Assembly: GCA_964487115.1 (NCBI GenBank)
Contig: CAZAPD010000044.1
Span: 1 to 31,713 of the forward strand
Reading direction: 5' to 3'
DNA from: an uncultured Thermococci archaeon
GTDB taxonomy: Archaea; Methanobacteriota_B; Thermococci; Thermococcales; Thermococcaceae
DNA: 31,713 nt
Part shown: one piece after another, positions 16,587 to 24,964 of the stretch
Position numbering within the stretch: the first letter of the stretch is position 1
How the letters are laid out: the number at the start of each line of letters is the position of its first letter
Made by a program: the position numbers and the translations under genes
Notes under the pieces: model-generated
Told to the model about the DNA's origin: nothing
Databases searched by the model: none
Seen by the model: the letters and a program-made list of their open reading frames with translations, nothing else

Positions 16587-17572
16587 GCTATCACCTCCAA
16601 GACATCAATTGCTATAAGTAACACCCCAATAATCGCAGCCGGGAGCATTCTGAGCCAGAATACCTGAACAGCCTGTGTGATTCTGAGCCTTCCCGTTACA
16701 GCTCTAAAGATGCTCATGCTTGCGAAGAGTACCATAAAGACCTTGATTGTATGGAAAATTAAATCTGCTATCATAGCTCCCGCTCCTGTGAGACCTACCA
16801 ACCCGCTTATGCCCCATGGGAAGAATATGGCCACGACCAAGCTTGCACTTATAAACTCCTTCAGAGCATTGCTGAGTTTGAACAGGGCCAGATGCCTTCC
16901 GCTGTACTCTGCCATTGGACCTTCGGCTATCTCTTCCTCCGCCTCTGGGATATTGAAGTAGCCAACCTCAATCTCACTTGCAAGCCATGCGAGGAAGACA
17001 AAGAGTAGCAGTATAGCACCCATGAATGTTAGGGGGGTTCCTATTTCCCAGATATTGTGTTCGTAAAACGTTGCGAGGCTGAATGGCCTGCTAACACCGA
17101 GCTTGCTTAAGCGCCAGAGTATTGCAAAGAGTCCAAGCATCATTGGTACCTCTCTCGAGACAAGGATTATTATTTCCCTCTGAGCCCCTATTTGAGCGTA
17201 AGGTGAGCCTGAGTTTATTGCCCCAAGCACCCTGATGAAAGCTATCAGGGTGAGTAAATAAATAAACACGATGACATCGCCCTTGGTACTGAAAAGCGGG
17301 GCGAAACCAATGGGAGTATATGCTAAAAGGGCTATTGAAACCGCCAATGTAAAGACCGGTGCAAGTTCAAACATTCTGCCAGCATGCCTTGGAATTATAG
17401 ATTCCTTGCTCACAAGCTTCAGGAAGTCGTAAAAGGGCTGCAGGAGAGGTGGTCCTATTCTCCTCTGCATTCTCGCTACGAGCTTTCTGTCAAGGCCTTC
17501 CCAGAGCAGGGAAGCGAATGAAACGTAGATGTAAAGCCCGATTAAGCCCAATGTAGCGTAAATGATGTTCAT
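16583..17572 (-). CDS. mbhM: Mbh1 subunit M (NuoH-like)
   Basis: DRKLVARMQRRIGPPLLQPFYDFLKL and FNIPEAEEEIAEGPMAEYSG. Confidence 0.93.
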   Translation of the reverse strand: MNIIYATLGLIGLYIYVSFASLLWEGLDRKLVARMQRRIGPPLLQPFYDFLKLVSKESIIPRHAGRMFELAPVFTLAVSIALLAYTPIGFAPLFSTKGDVIVFIYLLTLIAFIRVLGAINSGSPYAQIGAQREIIILVSREVPMMLGLFAILWRLSKLGVSRPFSLATFYEHNIWEIGTPLTFMGAILLLFVFLAWLASEIEVGYFNIPEAEEEIAEGPMAEYSGRHLALFKLSNALKEFISASLVVAIFFPWGISGLVGLTGAGAMIADLIFHTIKVFMVLFASMSIFRAVTGRLRITQAVQVFWLRMLPAAIIGVLLIAIDVLEVIA

Positions 17573-18864
17573 AGCAGACCACCCCTTGGGCAGCCGATAC
17601 CAACTACCCCAGGTTCGGCACTAGCATTTGGGTTAATCTCCCTTGTCTTCTCAATTGAGGCTTTAAGGAGGTCTTTTTCTGTTAAAATCTCCCTTTTTCC
17701 AGTTCTCACATCTATAACCGCCACTCTATCCGTACAGCTCAAACATGGGTCAATTGATGCTATTGCAACTGGAATGTCTGCCACCTGCTCGCCAACCAAT
17801 GCCCGTGCAACTGCGAAGAGATTTGGAAATGTAGGTTCTCTCGCCTTCCACTTTGATGGTATGTCCTTTCCGGGATTTGCCCTAACATAATGTATAACCT
17901 CACCTCTCGGTGCTTCATACCTTCCTATTCCCTCTCCATCGGCTTTTTTCAGCTTGAGCAGGATGAGGTTATCTTTGGCAAAGGCTTTTATCTTTCCTTC
18001 AGGCATCTGGTCAAAGGCCCTCTCTATGAGCTCCATGCTCTGCCAGAGCTCGCCAACTCTAACGACCATCCTATCAAAAACGTCTCCCTTGATGACTCCT
18101 GTGAATTCCTTGGGGCTTATGGGTTTAATGCCAAGATCAGGATACACACCGAGCTTTTCATTGTATCTGACATCCTTTTTAACACCGCTTCCTCTCGCCG
18201 TAGGTCCTTGAGCACTGTACTCAATCGCTATCCTCTTTGGAATAACACCAGCATCCCTCAAGCGAGCTTCAACCGTTGGGTCGTAGAGGAATATCTCCTC
18301 AATCTTTGGCATGATCTCCTTGCGATAGTACTCAATCATGTCCAAAATAGCCCTCTTTTGCTTCTCCTCAATGTCCCTTCTAACGCCTCCGATTGTGTTC
18401 ATAGCATAGTTAACCCTGTTACCTCCTATGGCCTCCAGGATGTCCATAACCCTCTCCCTTGCAAGCCAGCTCATATGAAGCACTGTATCATACCCTATTG
18501 CATGTCCAATCACTCCAAGGTTTAGCAGGTGGGAGTGTATTCTCTCAAGCTCACCTACAATTACCCTGATGTATTCCGCTCTCTCTGGTACTTCTATGCC
18601 AGCCATTTCTTCAACAGCCCTTGTATAGGTGTGGTTGTGTGAAAAACTACATATTCCACATATCCTTTCTGCCAAGTACATGAGCTGTATGTAGTTTCTT
18701 CTCATTGCAATCCATTCAAGGCCCCTCAAGTTGTATCCCAGCTTTACGTCAACATTGATTATACGCTCTCCATCGAGAGTTATTATGAACTTCTCGGGCT
18801 CCTCTAAGGCAGGGTGAATGGGACCAATTGGTATTTTAACCCAGTACTCAATCCTGCTGTTCAT
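17569..18864 (-). CDS. mbhL: Mbh1 subunit L, canonical Thermococcales group 4 [NiFe]-hydrogenase large subunit
   Basis: EYWVKIP.GPIHP.LEEPEK, RICGICSFSH and DPCLSCTDR. Closely matches my recollection of P. furiosus MbhL. Confidence 0.96.
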   Translation of the reverse strand: MNSRIEYWVKIPIGPIHPALEEPEKFIITLDGERIINVDVKLGYNLRGLEWIAMRRNYIQLMYLAERICGICSFSHNHTYTRAVEEMAGIEVPERAEYIRVIVGELERIHSHLLNLGVIGHAIGYDTVLHMSWLARERVMDILEAIGGNRVNYAMNTIGGVRRDIEEKQKRAILDMIEYYRKEIMPKIEEIFLYDPTVEARLRDAGVIPKRIAIEYSAQGPTARGSGVKKDVRYNEKLGVYPDLGIKPISPKEFTGVIKGDVFDRMVVRVGELWQSMELIERAFDQMPEGKIKAFAKDNLILLKLKKADGEGIGRYEAPRGEVIHYVRANPGKDIPSKWKAREPTFPNLFAVARALVGEQVADIPVAIASIDPCLSCTDRVAVIDVRTGKREILTEKDLLKASIEKTREINPNASAEPGVVGIGCPRGGLL

Positions 18865-19477
18865 TTTGAGCCCTCCTTTTTGATTTTTGTATAGCGTTTT
18901 TGACGATCACACTCTCTTCTGGTGAGAGCACTGGTAGAAACTCTTTGGGTACAGCTTCGCGAACACGCCCTCCCAAACGGTATGGGTGACCTGCGTTCTT
19001 GACCATCTCAGGTTTTATCCCTTTATCATCTCGTCTCAGTGGGTAAATTCCCTCTGGGAAGTTGTCTGGGAGAAAGAGCCTTCTTGGGTCAGGTATGCCC
19101 TCGAACTCTATGCCCAAGAACTCCTTGTTCTCACGCTCATAGGCCACTGAGCTTGGAAACACATCACCTAAGCTCGGTATTTTTGGGTCGTCTTTAGGGC
19201 ATGCAGTTGCAACTATTACGGATAAGCTTGGCTCCTGCTCATAGAATAATTCTAAGTGGTATTCTGCACTTAGATAATCTCCCCTGTCTTCGCCTATTAT
19301 GATTGAGAACTGTGCCTTCGGGTCTATCTCCTTGATGAGTTTCATCAGGTCTTTGAACTTTGCTCTATCCACATTTATCCAAACCCTCTTCCTTGGGTGT
19401 GGCATCTTATTTTCAGAAATGTGAGCGTCAGCTTCAAACTTTTCCCTTATTCTCTCAATGAATTCCTCAGGAGTCAT
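18848..19477 (-). CDS. mbhK: Mbh1 subunit K (NuoC-like)
   Basis: YERENKEFLGIEFEGIPDPRRLFLPD.FPEGIYPLR. Confidence 0.93.
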   Translation of the reverse strand: MTPEEFIERIREKFEADAHISENKMPHPRKRVWINVDRAKFKDLMKLIKEIDPKAQFSIIIGEDRGDYLSAEYHLELFYEQEPSLSVIVATACPKDDPKIPSLGDVFPSSVAYERENKEFLGIEFEGIPDPRRLFLPDNFPEGIYPLRRDDKGIKPEMVKNAGHPYRLGGRVREAVPKEFLPVLSPEESVIVKNAIQKSKRRAQNEQQD

Positions 19478-19947
19478 TCCCCCTCACCTTCTATCTTTTT
19501 TATAAGCTTCTCCAGAGCCAAAACAACGCCATACAGAATAGCTTCTGGTCTTGGCGGGCATCCTGGGATGAAAACATCTACAGGGATATGCTTGTCCAAA
19601 GGTGCGTTGGTGAATGGGCTCTCAAAGAAAACACTGCCGCCGGTGGGACACGCCCCAATTGCCATCACAACCTTTGGGTCTGGCGTTTGTTCATATACTA
19701 ACTTAACCCTCTCCAGACTTTGGTCGGTAATTGGGCCTGTTACAAGCAGAATATCGGCGTGTCTTGGTGTTCCAACTAACTTCACACCAAACCTCTCCGC
19801 ATCGTATCTCGGTGTCAGTGCCGCAATAATCTCGATATCACATCCATTGCATGATCCGCTGTTAACATGAAATACCCAGGGTGACCTTCCTATGTATCTG
19901 CATAATTTTGCAATCCTCCTTTCCAGCTCTCTCCTCTCTTCGCCCAT
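19474..19947 (-). CDS. mbhJ: Mbh1 subunit J, small subunit
   Basis: SCNGCDIE, GACPTGG and IPGCPPRPE. Confidence 0.95.
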   Translation of the reverse strand: MGEERRELERRIAKLCRYIGRSPWVFHVNSGSCNGCDIEIIAALTPRYDAERFGVKLVGTPRHADILLVTGPITDQSLERVKLVYEQTPDPKVVMAIGACPTGGSVFFESPFTNAPLDKHIPVDVFIPGCPPRPEAILYGVVLALEKLIKKIEGEGE

Positions 19948-19951
19948 TCAC

Positions 19952-20299
19952 TCACCCCCATATTACCAAAGCTCCGAGAATTATGGCCGTCGTTATTAGC
20001 AGATATGCCACATAGTCTGTCAGCAATCCTGTATGTTCTCTTTTGAATATGAGGAACATCCTGTGTATTCCTCTAATTAAGCCCCACATAGTGTGTCTTC
20101 CGGTATAATAGCCCCGCAAGTGCTCGAATTGTGGAATCACATTATCTTCATCCTCACCACTAAGGAATATTTTGGTACCGTCGCCGGTTTTTCTTGTCCC
20201 CATACTGGACTTTTCAGCCCACTTAAATAGCAAATAAGCGATAATCATACCTATCGCTAAAACATAGAGGAAGTAAAGGGTATCCCAGTATCCAAACAT
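19952..20299 (-). CDS. mbhI: Mbh1 subunit I
   Basis: MFGYWD, KIFLSGED and EHTGLLTDY. GGGGGTG RBS before ATG 20299. Confidence 0.92.
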   Translation of the reverse strand: MFGYWDTLYFLYVLAIGMIIAYLLFKWAEKSSMGTRKTGDGTKIFLSGEDEDNVIPQFEHLRGYYTGRHTMWGLIRGIHRMFLIFKREHTGLLTDYVAYLLITTAIILGALVIWG

Positions 20300-20300
20300 C

Positions 20301-21836
20301 TCAAGCACCCCCCATAACTGCCACAATGTAGTGGACCTGATCTTTGAGCATATCCGCAGTTGGAAGCATCACTTTGTCGCTTATCTGCCATGGGAAAAGG
20401 CCCATCAGGATTATTGCAAATATTAACACCAGCATTGGAATTATCATTGCTTTACCCGGTTCTTCTGCATTTTCAACCACCTCGCTCGGCCTTCCAAAGA
20501 ACGTGAAAAGAACCCTAATGTATGCTGCTGTGCAGAAAGCTGTACCCAACACTGCCATGGCTGCAAGGAATGGATTGTAGAGTGCGGAACTCTCATAGAT
20601 CAGCCACTTGCTTGCAAAACCATTCAAAGGCGGCAAACCCACTATTGCAGCAGCCCCAATGAGGAAGGCAAAGCTTGTGAGGGGCATCTTCTTAGCCAAT
20701 CCGCTGAGTTCGTTGAGGTTCTTGGTCCCAACTTGGTGGAGCACTGCACCGGCGACAAGGAAGAGGAGAGCCTTCATCAATGCGTGATTGATTGTGTGGT
20801 AAATTGCTCCCGCTAAGGCTATATCTCCAACTTTCGTGCCATATGAAGCGAGACCGATACCTATCCCAAGGAGGATATATCCCATCTGGCCAACGCTTGA
20901 GAAAGCAAATAGCCTCTTCATGTCCGTCTGAATTACCGCCATAGCGTTTCCAACTATCAACGTCACGCATCCAAAAAAGATTATTATCCATCCAACTGTC
21001 TTTATGCTTATGCTCGTTGCGTAAATACTGAAAGCAATTCTGGCTAAAGCGTAAACTCCACCGACCTTTATAACCAGACCTGAGAGCATGGCACTGATCG
21101 AACTCGGTGCTGCTGGGTGAGCGTCTGACAGCCACATATGGACAGGAACAGCACCGCTCTTAAACAAGAGCCCGCCTATGAGGAATCCTAAAGCCACTTT
21201 GCTTACTAAAGTTGGGTTTTGAGCTATCTTCACCGCAAGGTAGCTCATTGTTAATGTTCCGTATTGGCCGTAGAGGAGCGCAATCCCCAAGAGAATGAAA
21301 GAGCTTGCTAAGGAACCAACGAACATGTACTTTATTCCTGCCTCGATGCCCTCCCATGTGTCGTTCCTGAACGCAACAAGGGCGTAGCTTGCTATGCTCA
21401 TTATTTCAAGGAACACGTAGAAGTTGAACATATCTCCTGTAATTACTATACCAAGCATTCCAAGCTCAAGAATGAGGATCAACGTGTAGTATTTCTCAAG
21501 CCCAGTATCGTGCTTTATGTACTCGGTGGAGTAGATTATGGCCATGAGTCCTATGAAGGCCACTATGAGTGCCAGCAGGCCTCCGAATAGGTCGACCTCC
21601 CAGAGGATTCTTATCGGGAAGCCCACACCATTTCCCAGCGGTGTGGTATCTCCCAAGGTATAGACCATCAGTTGCTTGGTACTCCACACATCGTAGAACA
21701 CCTTAGAGGCAACGCCTAAAGTTAATGAGCTCACCAACACGGCCCATGTGCTTCTCGCTTTCTCTCCAAGTAAGCTGATGATGGGCATTGAAAATGCGCC
21801 CAAGAGTGGAATAATTATCAAAAATGGAAGGATCAT
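20301..21836 (-). CDS. mbhH: Mbh1 subunit H (MrpD-like)
   Basis: FNFYVFLEI, FKSG.VP.H.W.DAH, SGLVIK, NHALMK and GFASKW: the full charged axis is present. Confidence 0.95.
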   Translation of the reverse strand: MILPFLIIIPLLGAFSMPIISLLGEKARSTWAVLVSSLTLGVASKVFYDVWSTKQLMVYTLGDTTPLGNGVGFPIRILWEVDLFGGLLALIVAFIGLMAIIYSTEYIKHDTGLEKYYTLILILELGMLGIVITGDMFNFYVFLEIMSIASYALVAFRNDTWEGIEAGIKYMFVGSLASSFILLGIALLYGQYGTLTMSYLAVKIAQNPTLVSKVALGFLIGGLLFKSGAVPVHMWLSDAHPAAPSSISAMLSGLVIKVGGVYALARIAFSIYATSISIKTVGWIIIFFGCVTLIVGNAMAVIQTDMKRLFAFSSVGQMGYILLGIGIGLASYGTKVGDIALAGAIYHTINHALMKALLFLVAGAVLHQVGTKNLNELSGLAKKMPLTSFAFLIGAAAIVGLPPLNGFASKWLIYESSALYNPFLAAMAVLGTAFCTAAYIRVLFTFFGRPSEVVENAEEPGKAMIIPMLVLIFAIILMGLFPWQISDKVMLPTADMLKDQVHYIVAVMGGA

Positions 21837-22195
21837 CCTCTCAACCTCCTCAACTTGTTGATGTCCAAGCTTCCATAGTGCCTGTAAGCGTTAATCGTCA
21901 ATGCCATAGCCAGAGCAAGGATACAAACCCCAATGACAATTGACGTGAGCACCAGAGCCTGAGGAATTGGACCAACCATGGGCGTTCCTTTTAGCGTCTC
22001 ATAGCCTGTGTAGATTGGTGCTGTTGGTAGTCTTCCATCTTCAAGGCGGTAGCCGAAGCTTATCAAAAGCAGATGTACCCCCGCATCAATAACGTTCAGG
22101 GCTAAGATGAGCTTAATCAGGTTGCGCTTGTAGAGGAAAGCGTAGAGCCCCATGAATACTAAGAGGAATGCGCTGATAAACTGTAATGGGATCAT
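21833..22195 (-). CDS. mbhG: Mbh1 subunit G (MrpC-like)
   Basis: KRNLIKL, ID.GVHL and PQALVLTSIVIG. Confidence 0.94.
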   Translation of the reverse strand: MIPLQFISAFLLVFMGLYAFLYKRNLIKLILALNVIDAGVHLLLISFGYRLEDGRLPTAPIYTGYETLKGTPMVGPIPQALVLTSIVIGVCILALAMALTINAYRHYGSLDINKLRRLRG

Positions 22196-22638
22196 TCATT
22201 CCACCTCCTATAGGAGGCTATAGCTATAATAGCGCTTATAAGGCCGGCAAAAACCTTAAGTCCGACAGCTAAGTTCATTATTGGTAGATAACCTGCTGAT
22301 AGGAGAGTTCCCGGCTTCCCTGCAAATGCTATGCCTTTTCTCCACAGCACGTTGTAGAAGAACGCCACGCTCAGGCCGAGCATGGCTATGCCAAGAAAGG
22401 TTAATCCCCCAAGGCTCTCCAGAGCGGAGTAAACGTGATGATCATAGCGCTTCTTAGTCTCACTCAATCCAAAGGCTATTAAAAAGAGCACGCCTGCTCC
22501 TGCTATTGTAGCCCCTCCTTGGAAGCCCCCTCCTGGTGTTAGGTGTCCATGAGAGACTATATATGCTCCAAATATTCCTATGAGGGGAATGGTTGCTCTC
22601 GCAGTACTCTTAACTATCAACCCCATGTCTTCACTCAT
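22192..22638 (-). CDS. mbhF: Mbh1 subunit F (MrpB-like)
   Basis: HGHLTPGGGFQGG. GGAGGG RBS spacing favours ATG 22638. Confidence 0.93.
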   Translation of the reverse strand: MSEDMGLIVKSTARATIPLIGIFGAYIVSHGHLTPGGGFQGGATIAGAGVLFLIAFGLSETKKRYDHHVYSALESLGGLTFLGIAMLGLSVAFFYNVLWRKGIAFAGKPGTLLSAGYLPIMNLAVGLKVFAGLISAIIAIASYRRWNE

Positions 22639-22930
22639 TGACATCCCTCCTCCGTGGTCTTAAGAGGGCAACAGCGCCAGCTATAGCCGTAAAGAGAACA
22701 GTGGCTTCGCCTATCGTATCATAACCCCTGTAGTCAAAGACTATATCCGTGACGATGTTTGTTCCTCCTACCTCCTCGATACCGTGTTCAATGTAGTACT
22801 GGTCGGTATAACGGTAGGTCTGCCAGTCCTTTCCGCTGAGACCAAACTTCAGGCCGTAATTTGGATTTGCCACTATAAGCAGAATACCGAGGATGAAAAG
22901 CAGCGCCAGAGCTCCGAGAGCTTTTTTCAT
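22631..22930 (-). CDS. mbhE: Mbh1 subunit E
   Basis: NIVTDIVFDYRGYDTIGEATVLFTA. Confidence 0.93.
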   Translation of the reverse strand: MKKALGALALLFILGILLIVANPNYGLKFGLSGKDWQTYRYTDQYYIEHGIEEVGGTNIVTDIVFDYRGYDTIGEATVLFTAIAGAVALLRPRRRDVNE

Positions 22931-23193
22931 GGTGCCTCACGCTCCCATCTCTCGGTTTTGGCAATTCCATAGACGACTATAGCGGTAACAACACCCGCTC
23001 CCACCGCAGCTTCAGCTATCGCAACATCCGGAGCGTGGAGCATATAGAATTCCATGCTTAGGAGAAGGCTCATTGCCGCTGAGGCCAAAGTGGCGCTTAA
23101 TAAGTCTCTAAAGGTTATTATGAGGTAAGCTGAGAGTAATATGGCTATCAAAAGTCCGAACTGAAGGATTACATCGACACTTAAAACATTCAT
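22927..23193 (-). CDS. mbhD: Mbh1 subunit D (DUF4040)
   Basis: LHAPDVAIAEAAVGAG. Confidence 0.93.
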   Translation of the reverse strand: MNVLSVDVILQFGLLIAILLSAYLIITFRDLLSATLASAAMSLLLSMEFYMLHAPDVAIAEAAVGAGVVTAIVVYGIAKTERWEREAP

Positions 23194-23561
23194 TGGACTC
23201 CACCTCTGTTCTTAATCTTCTTCTCATATGCATCGATAACAGCTTTAGCAGGCTTTACACCGCTCAAATGAGCCGCTTTTGCTATCGCATGAGCTCCTGT
23301 CGGGTTTGTTAAGAGCAGAGCAACTAAAGCGACCATGCTGTGAAGGGCCATCTGGAGATATTTTGGATCATCTGTAACTTTCAGCCGATAAAGTGCATGA
23401 ACTATGACTGCCAAAACTGCAAATATGGTTCCAAATGTGGTGCACTTTGTCGCACCGTGAAGCCTCGTATAGACATCCGGGAAGCGGTGGAGCGAAAAGC
23501 TCCCCAAGAGGTTGAAGATTATGTTAATCGCCAAGAAAGAATAAATTATGTATTCTATCAA
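23190..23561 (-). CDS. mbhC: Mbh1 subunit C (MrpG-like)
   Basis: RFPDVYTRLHGATK. TTG start overlaps the mbhB TGA (TTGA). Confidence 0.92.
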   Translation of the reverse strand: MIEYIIYSFLAINIIFNLLGSFSLHRFPDVYTRLHGATKCTTFGTIFAVLAVIVHALYRLKVTDDPKYLQMALHSMVALVALLLTNPTGAHAIAKAAHLSGVKPAKAVIDAYEKKIKNRGGVQ

Positions 23562-23821
23562 TTTAATCCCCCCTGCAGATATCTCGCTATAGCCAGAGTG
23601 CCTATGTAGCTGAGCAAAGCATAAACTATGGCAATGTCAATGTAAATTGTCCTGTCATAGGCCGCTCCAAGGAGTATCATTCCTGCAACGATGAGGGTGT
23701 TTAGCGTATCAACACCAACCACCCTGTCGGGCACTGTGGGGCCAAAAAGCACCCTCAACACTGATAAAAACGCCCCAATCATGACTACCAGCGCTGAATA
23801 GAAGAATACTGGGGCGATCAT
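23558..23821 (-). CDS. mbhB: Mbh1 subunit B (MrpF-like)
   Basis: GPTVPDRVVGVD and IDIAIVYALLSYIG. ATGA overlap with mbhA stop. Confidence 0.93.
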   Translation of the reverse strand: MIAPVFFYSALVVMIGAFLSVLRVLFGPTVPDRVVGVDTLNTLIVAGMILLGAAYDRTIYIDIAIVYALLSYIGTLAIARYLQGGLN

Positions 23822-24318
23822 TTTCCCAACCTCCTTGCCCATTTTTCAAAGGGGCCTGCCACTACTTCTGAACTCTTGGGCTCCTTCTCAGTGACGTTTA
23901 TCCAATGCACATAGAGTACTTTCTCCTCAGGACAGGCATCAATAGTGAGGGTTCCTGGAGTGAGTGTAATCGAATTGCTGAGGATGGTGTACTGGGCGTC
24001 GTTCTCAAGGTTAACCGGAACACGCACAATACCGGGCTTTATCTTCCCTGTAATGACTCTATAAGCTACATCTAAGTTTGCTTTGATCATGCCCCAGAAG
24101 AGCGGGCCTATAGAATAGATTATGAACCCAATCCACTTTGAAGGCCTCAGGAATCTATCGGCTTTCTCTCCGACGATATTTCTTGTACTGTACGCAACAA
24201 TTGCAGAGAATAAAACACCAGCAATAAGCTCTTCACTGCTCCACAGCATTCCCTTGGCGCCTGCGGTAAGGGTTAACCAGAGCACAAATGACCACATGAA
24301 TACAATGATGAAACTCAT
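23818..24318 (-). CDS. mbhA: Mbh1 subunit A (MrpE-like)
   Basis: ANLDVAYRVI and LSNSITLTPGT. GGAGGG RBS before ATG 24318. Confidence 0.93.
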   Translation of the reverse strand: MSFIIVFMWSFVLWLTLTAGAKGMLWSSEELIAGVLFSAIVAYSTRNIVGEKADRFLRPSKWIGFIIYSIGPLFWGMIKANLDVAYRVITGKIKPGIVRVPVNLENDAQYTILSNSITLTPGTLTIDACPEEKVLYVHWINVTEKEPKSSEVVAGPFEKWARRLGK

Positions 24319-24395
24319 TGTTCCTCCCTCCAATTTTTGTTTCAAAGGTGATTTAATCTTTTTTCACTTATTGTCGGTATAAATTTCGTCTGTTA

Positions 24396-24403
24396 TTTAT
24401 AAA
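24396..24403 (-). promoter_or_regulatory. TATA box of mbh copy 1 operon
   Basis: TTTATAAA about 78 bp upstream of the mbhA start, the same spacing as in copy 2. Confidence 0.6.
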
Positions 24404-24436
24404 AGAGTTTTGTAAAGCTTAGAATCAGAAATCGAG

Positions 24437-24453
24437 GTTTTTAACTATTGGTT
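24437..24453 (+). promoter_or_regulatory. SurR long motif upstream of mbh copy 1 promoter
   Basis: GTTtttAACtattgGTT is an exact GTTn3AACn5GTT, followed by gtgAAT (near second half-site). SurR is the known activator of mbh in Thermococcales. Confidence 0.8.
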
Positions 24454-24626
24454 GTGAATTTTAAAGCTCTCTAACAGCGTTTCTTTTACGTTGATGAACC
24501 CACCGAATGTATGACGTACATTACTGTTCATTAAACCAGAGAATGCAAAGCTTTATAAGCCCCATGAACAACTAAGAACAGCGCTCTTCTAAGAGTGCTT
24601 AAAGTCTGGAAAAGTTGGTGTTGGAT

Positions 24627-24848
24627 ATGTACGGAGATAGATATGGATTTGGTGGAAGGAGTTATGAGGCTCCGGTTAAGGTTGGAGAAAGATACACGGT
24701 TAAGATTGAAAGCATTGGTAAAGGTGGAGATGGCATAGCTCGGGTAAAAGGGTTTGTTATTTTTGTTCCAAATACCCAAGTTGGCCAGGAAGTTGAGATA
24801 GTTATTAACTCAGTTAAGAGAAAGTTTGCTTTTGCCGAAGTTATTTGA
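24627..24848 (+). CDS. Single TRAM-domain RNA-binding (cold-shock-like) protein
   Basis: [34 protein letters not shown]...FAFAEV. TTTATAAG TATA at about 24553 and GGTG RBS. Confidence 0.93.
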   Translation: MYGDRYGFGGRSYEAPVKVGERYTVKIESIGKGGDGIARVKGFVIFVPNTQVGQEVEIVINSVKRKFAFAEVI

Positions 24849-24964
24849 TTTAAAGCTTCAACTCATGAATTCATTGCCCTTAAGGGCTCAACTCTTTTCT
24901 TTTGTCGGCCTTGTCTATGAGCGTTACTCCAATTAAGTTTTTAAATGACCTATCAAAGCCGCCT

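Noticed and set aside
17890..18525. 211-aa plus-strand ORF
   Set aside because: Antisense shadow of mbhL copy 1.
7861..24318. Tandem operons as an assembly artefact or recent duplication
   Set aside because: The copies differ extensively at protein level and have distinct promoters.
24937..24945. SurR-like GTTtttAAA upstream of mtaB (also GTTn4-6AAC variants near 5695, 7234 and 24490)
   Set aside because: Mismatch or wrong spacing versus GTTn3AAC. The first is better explained as a TATA box.
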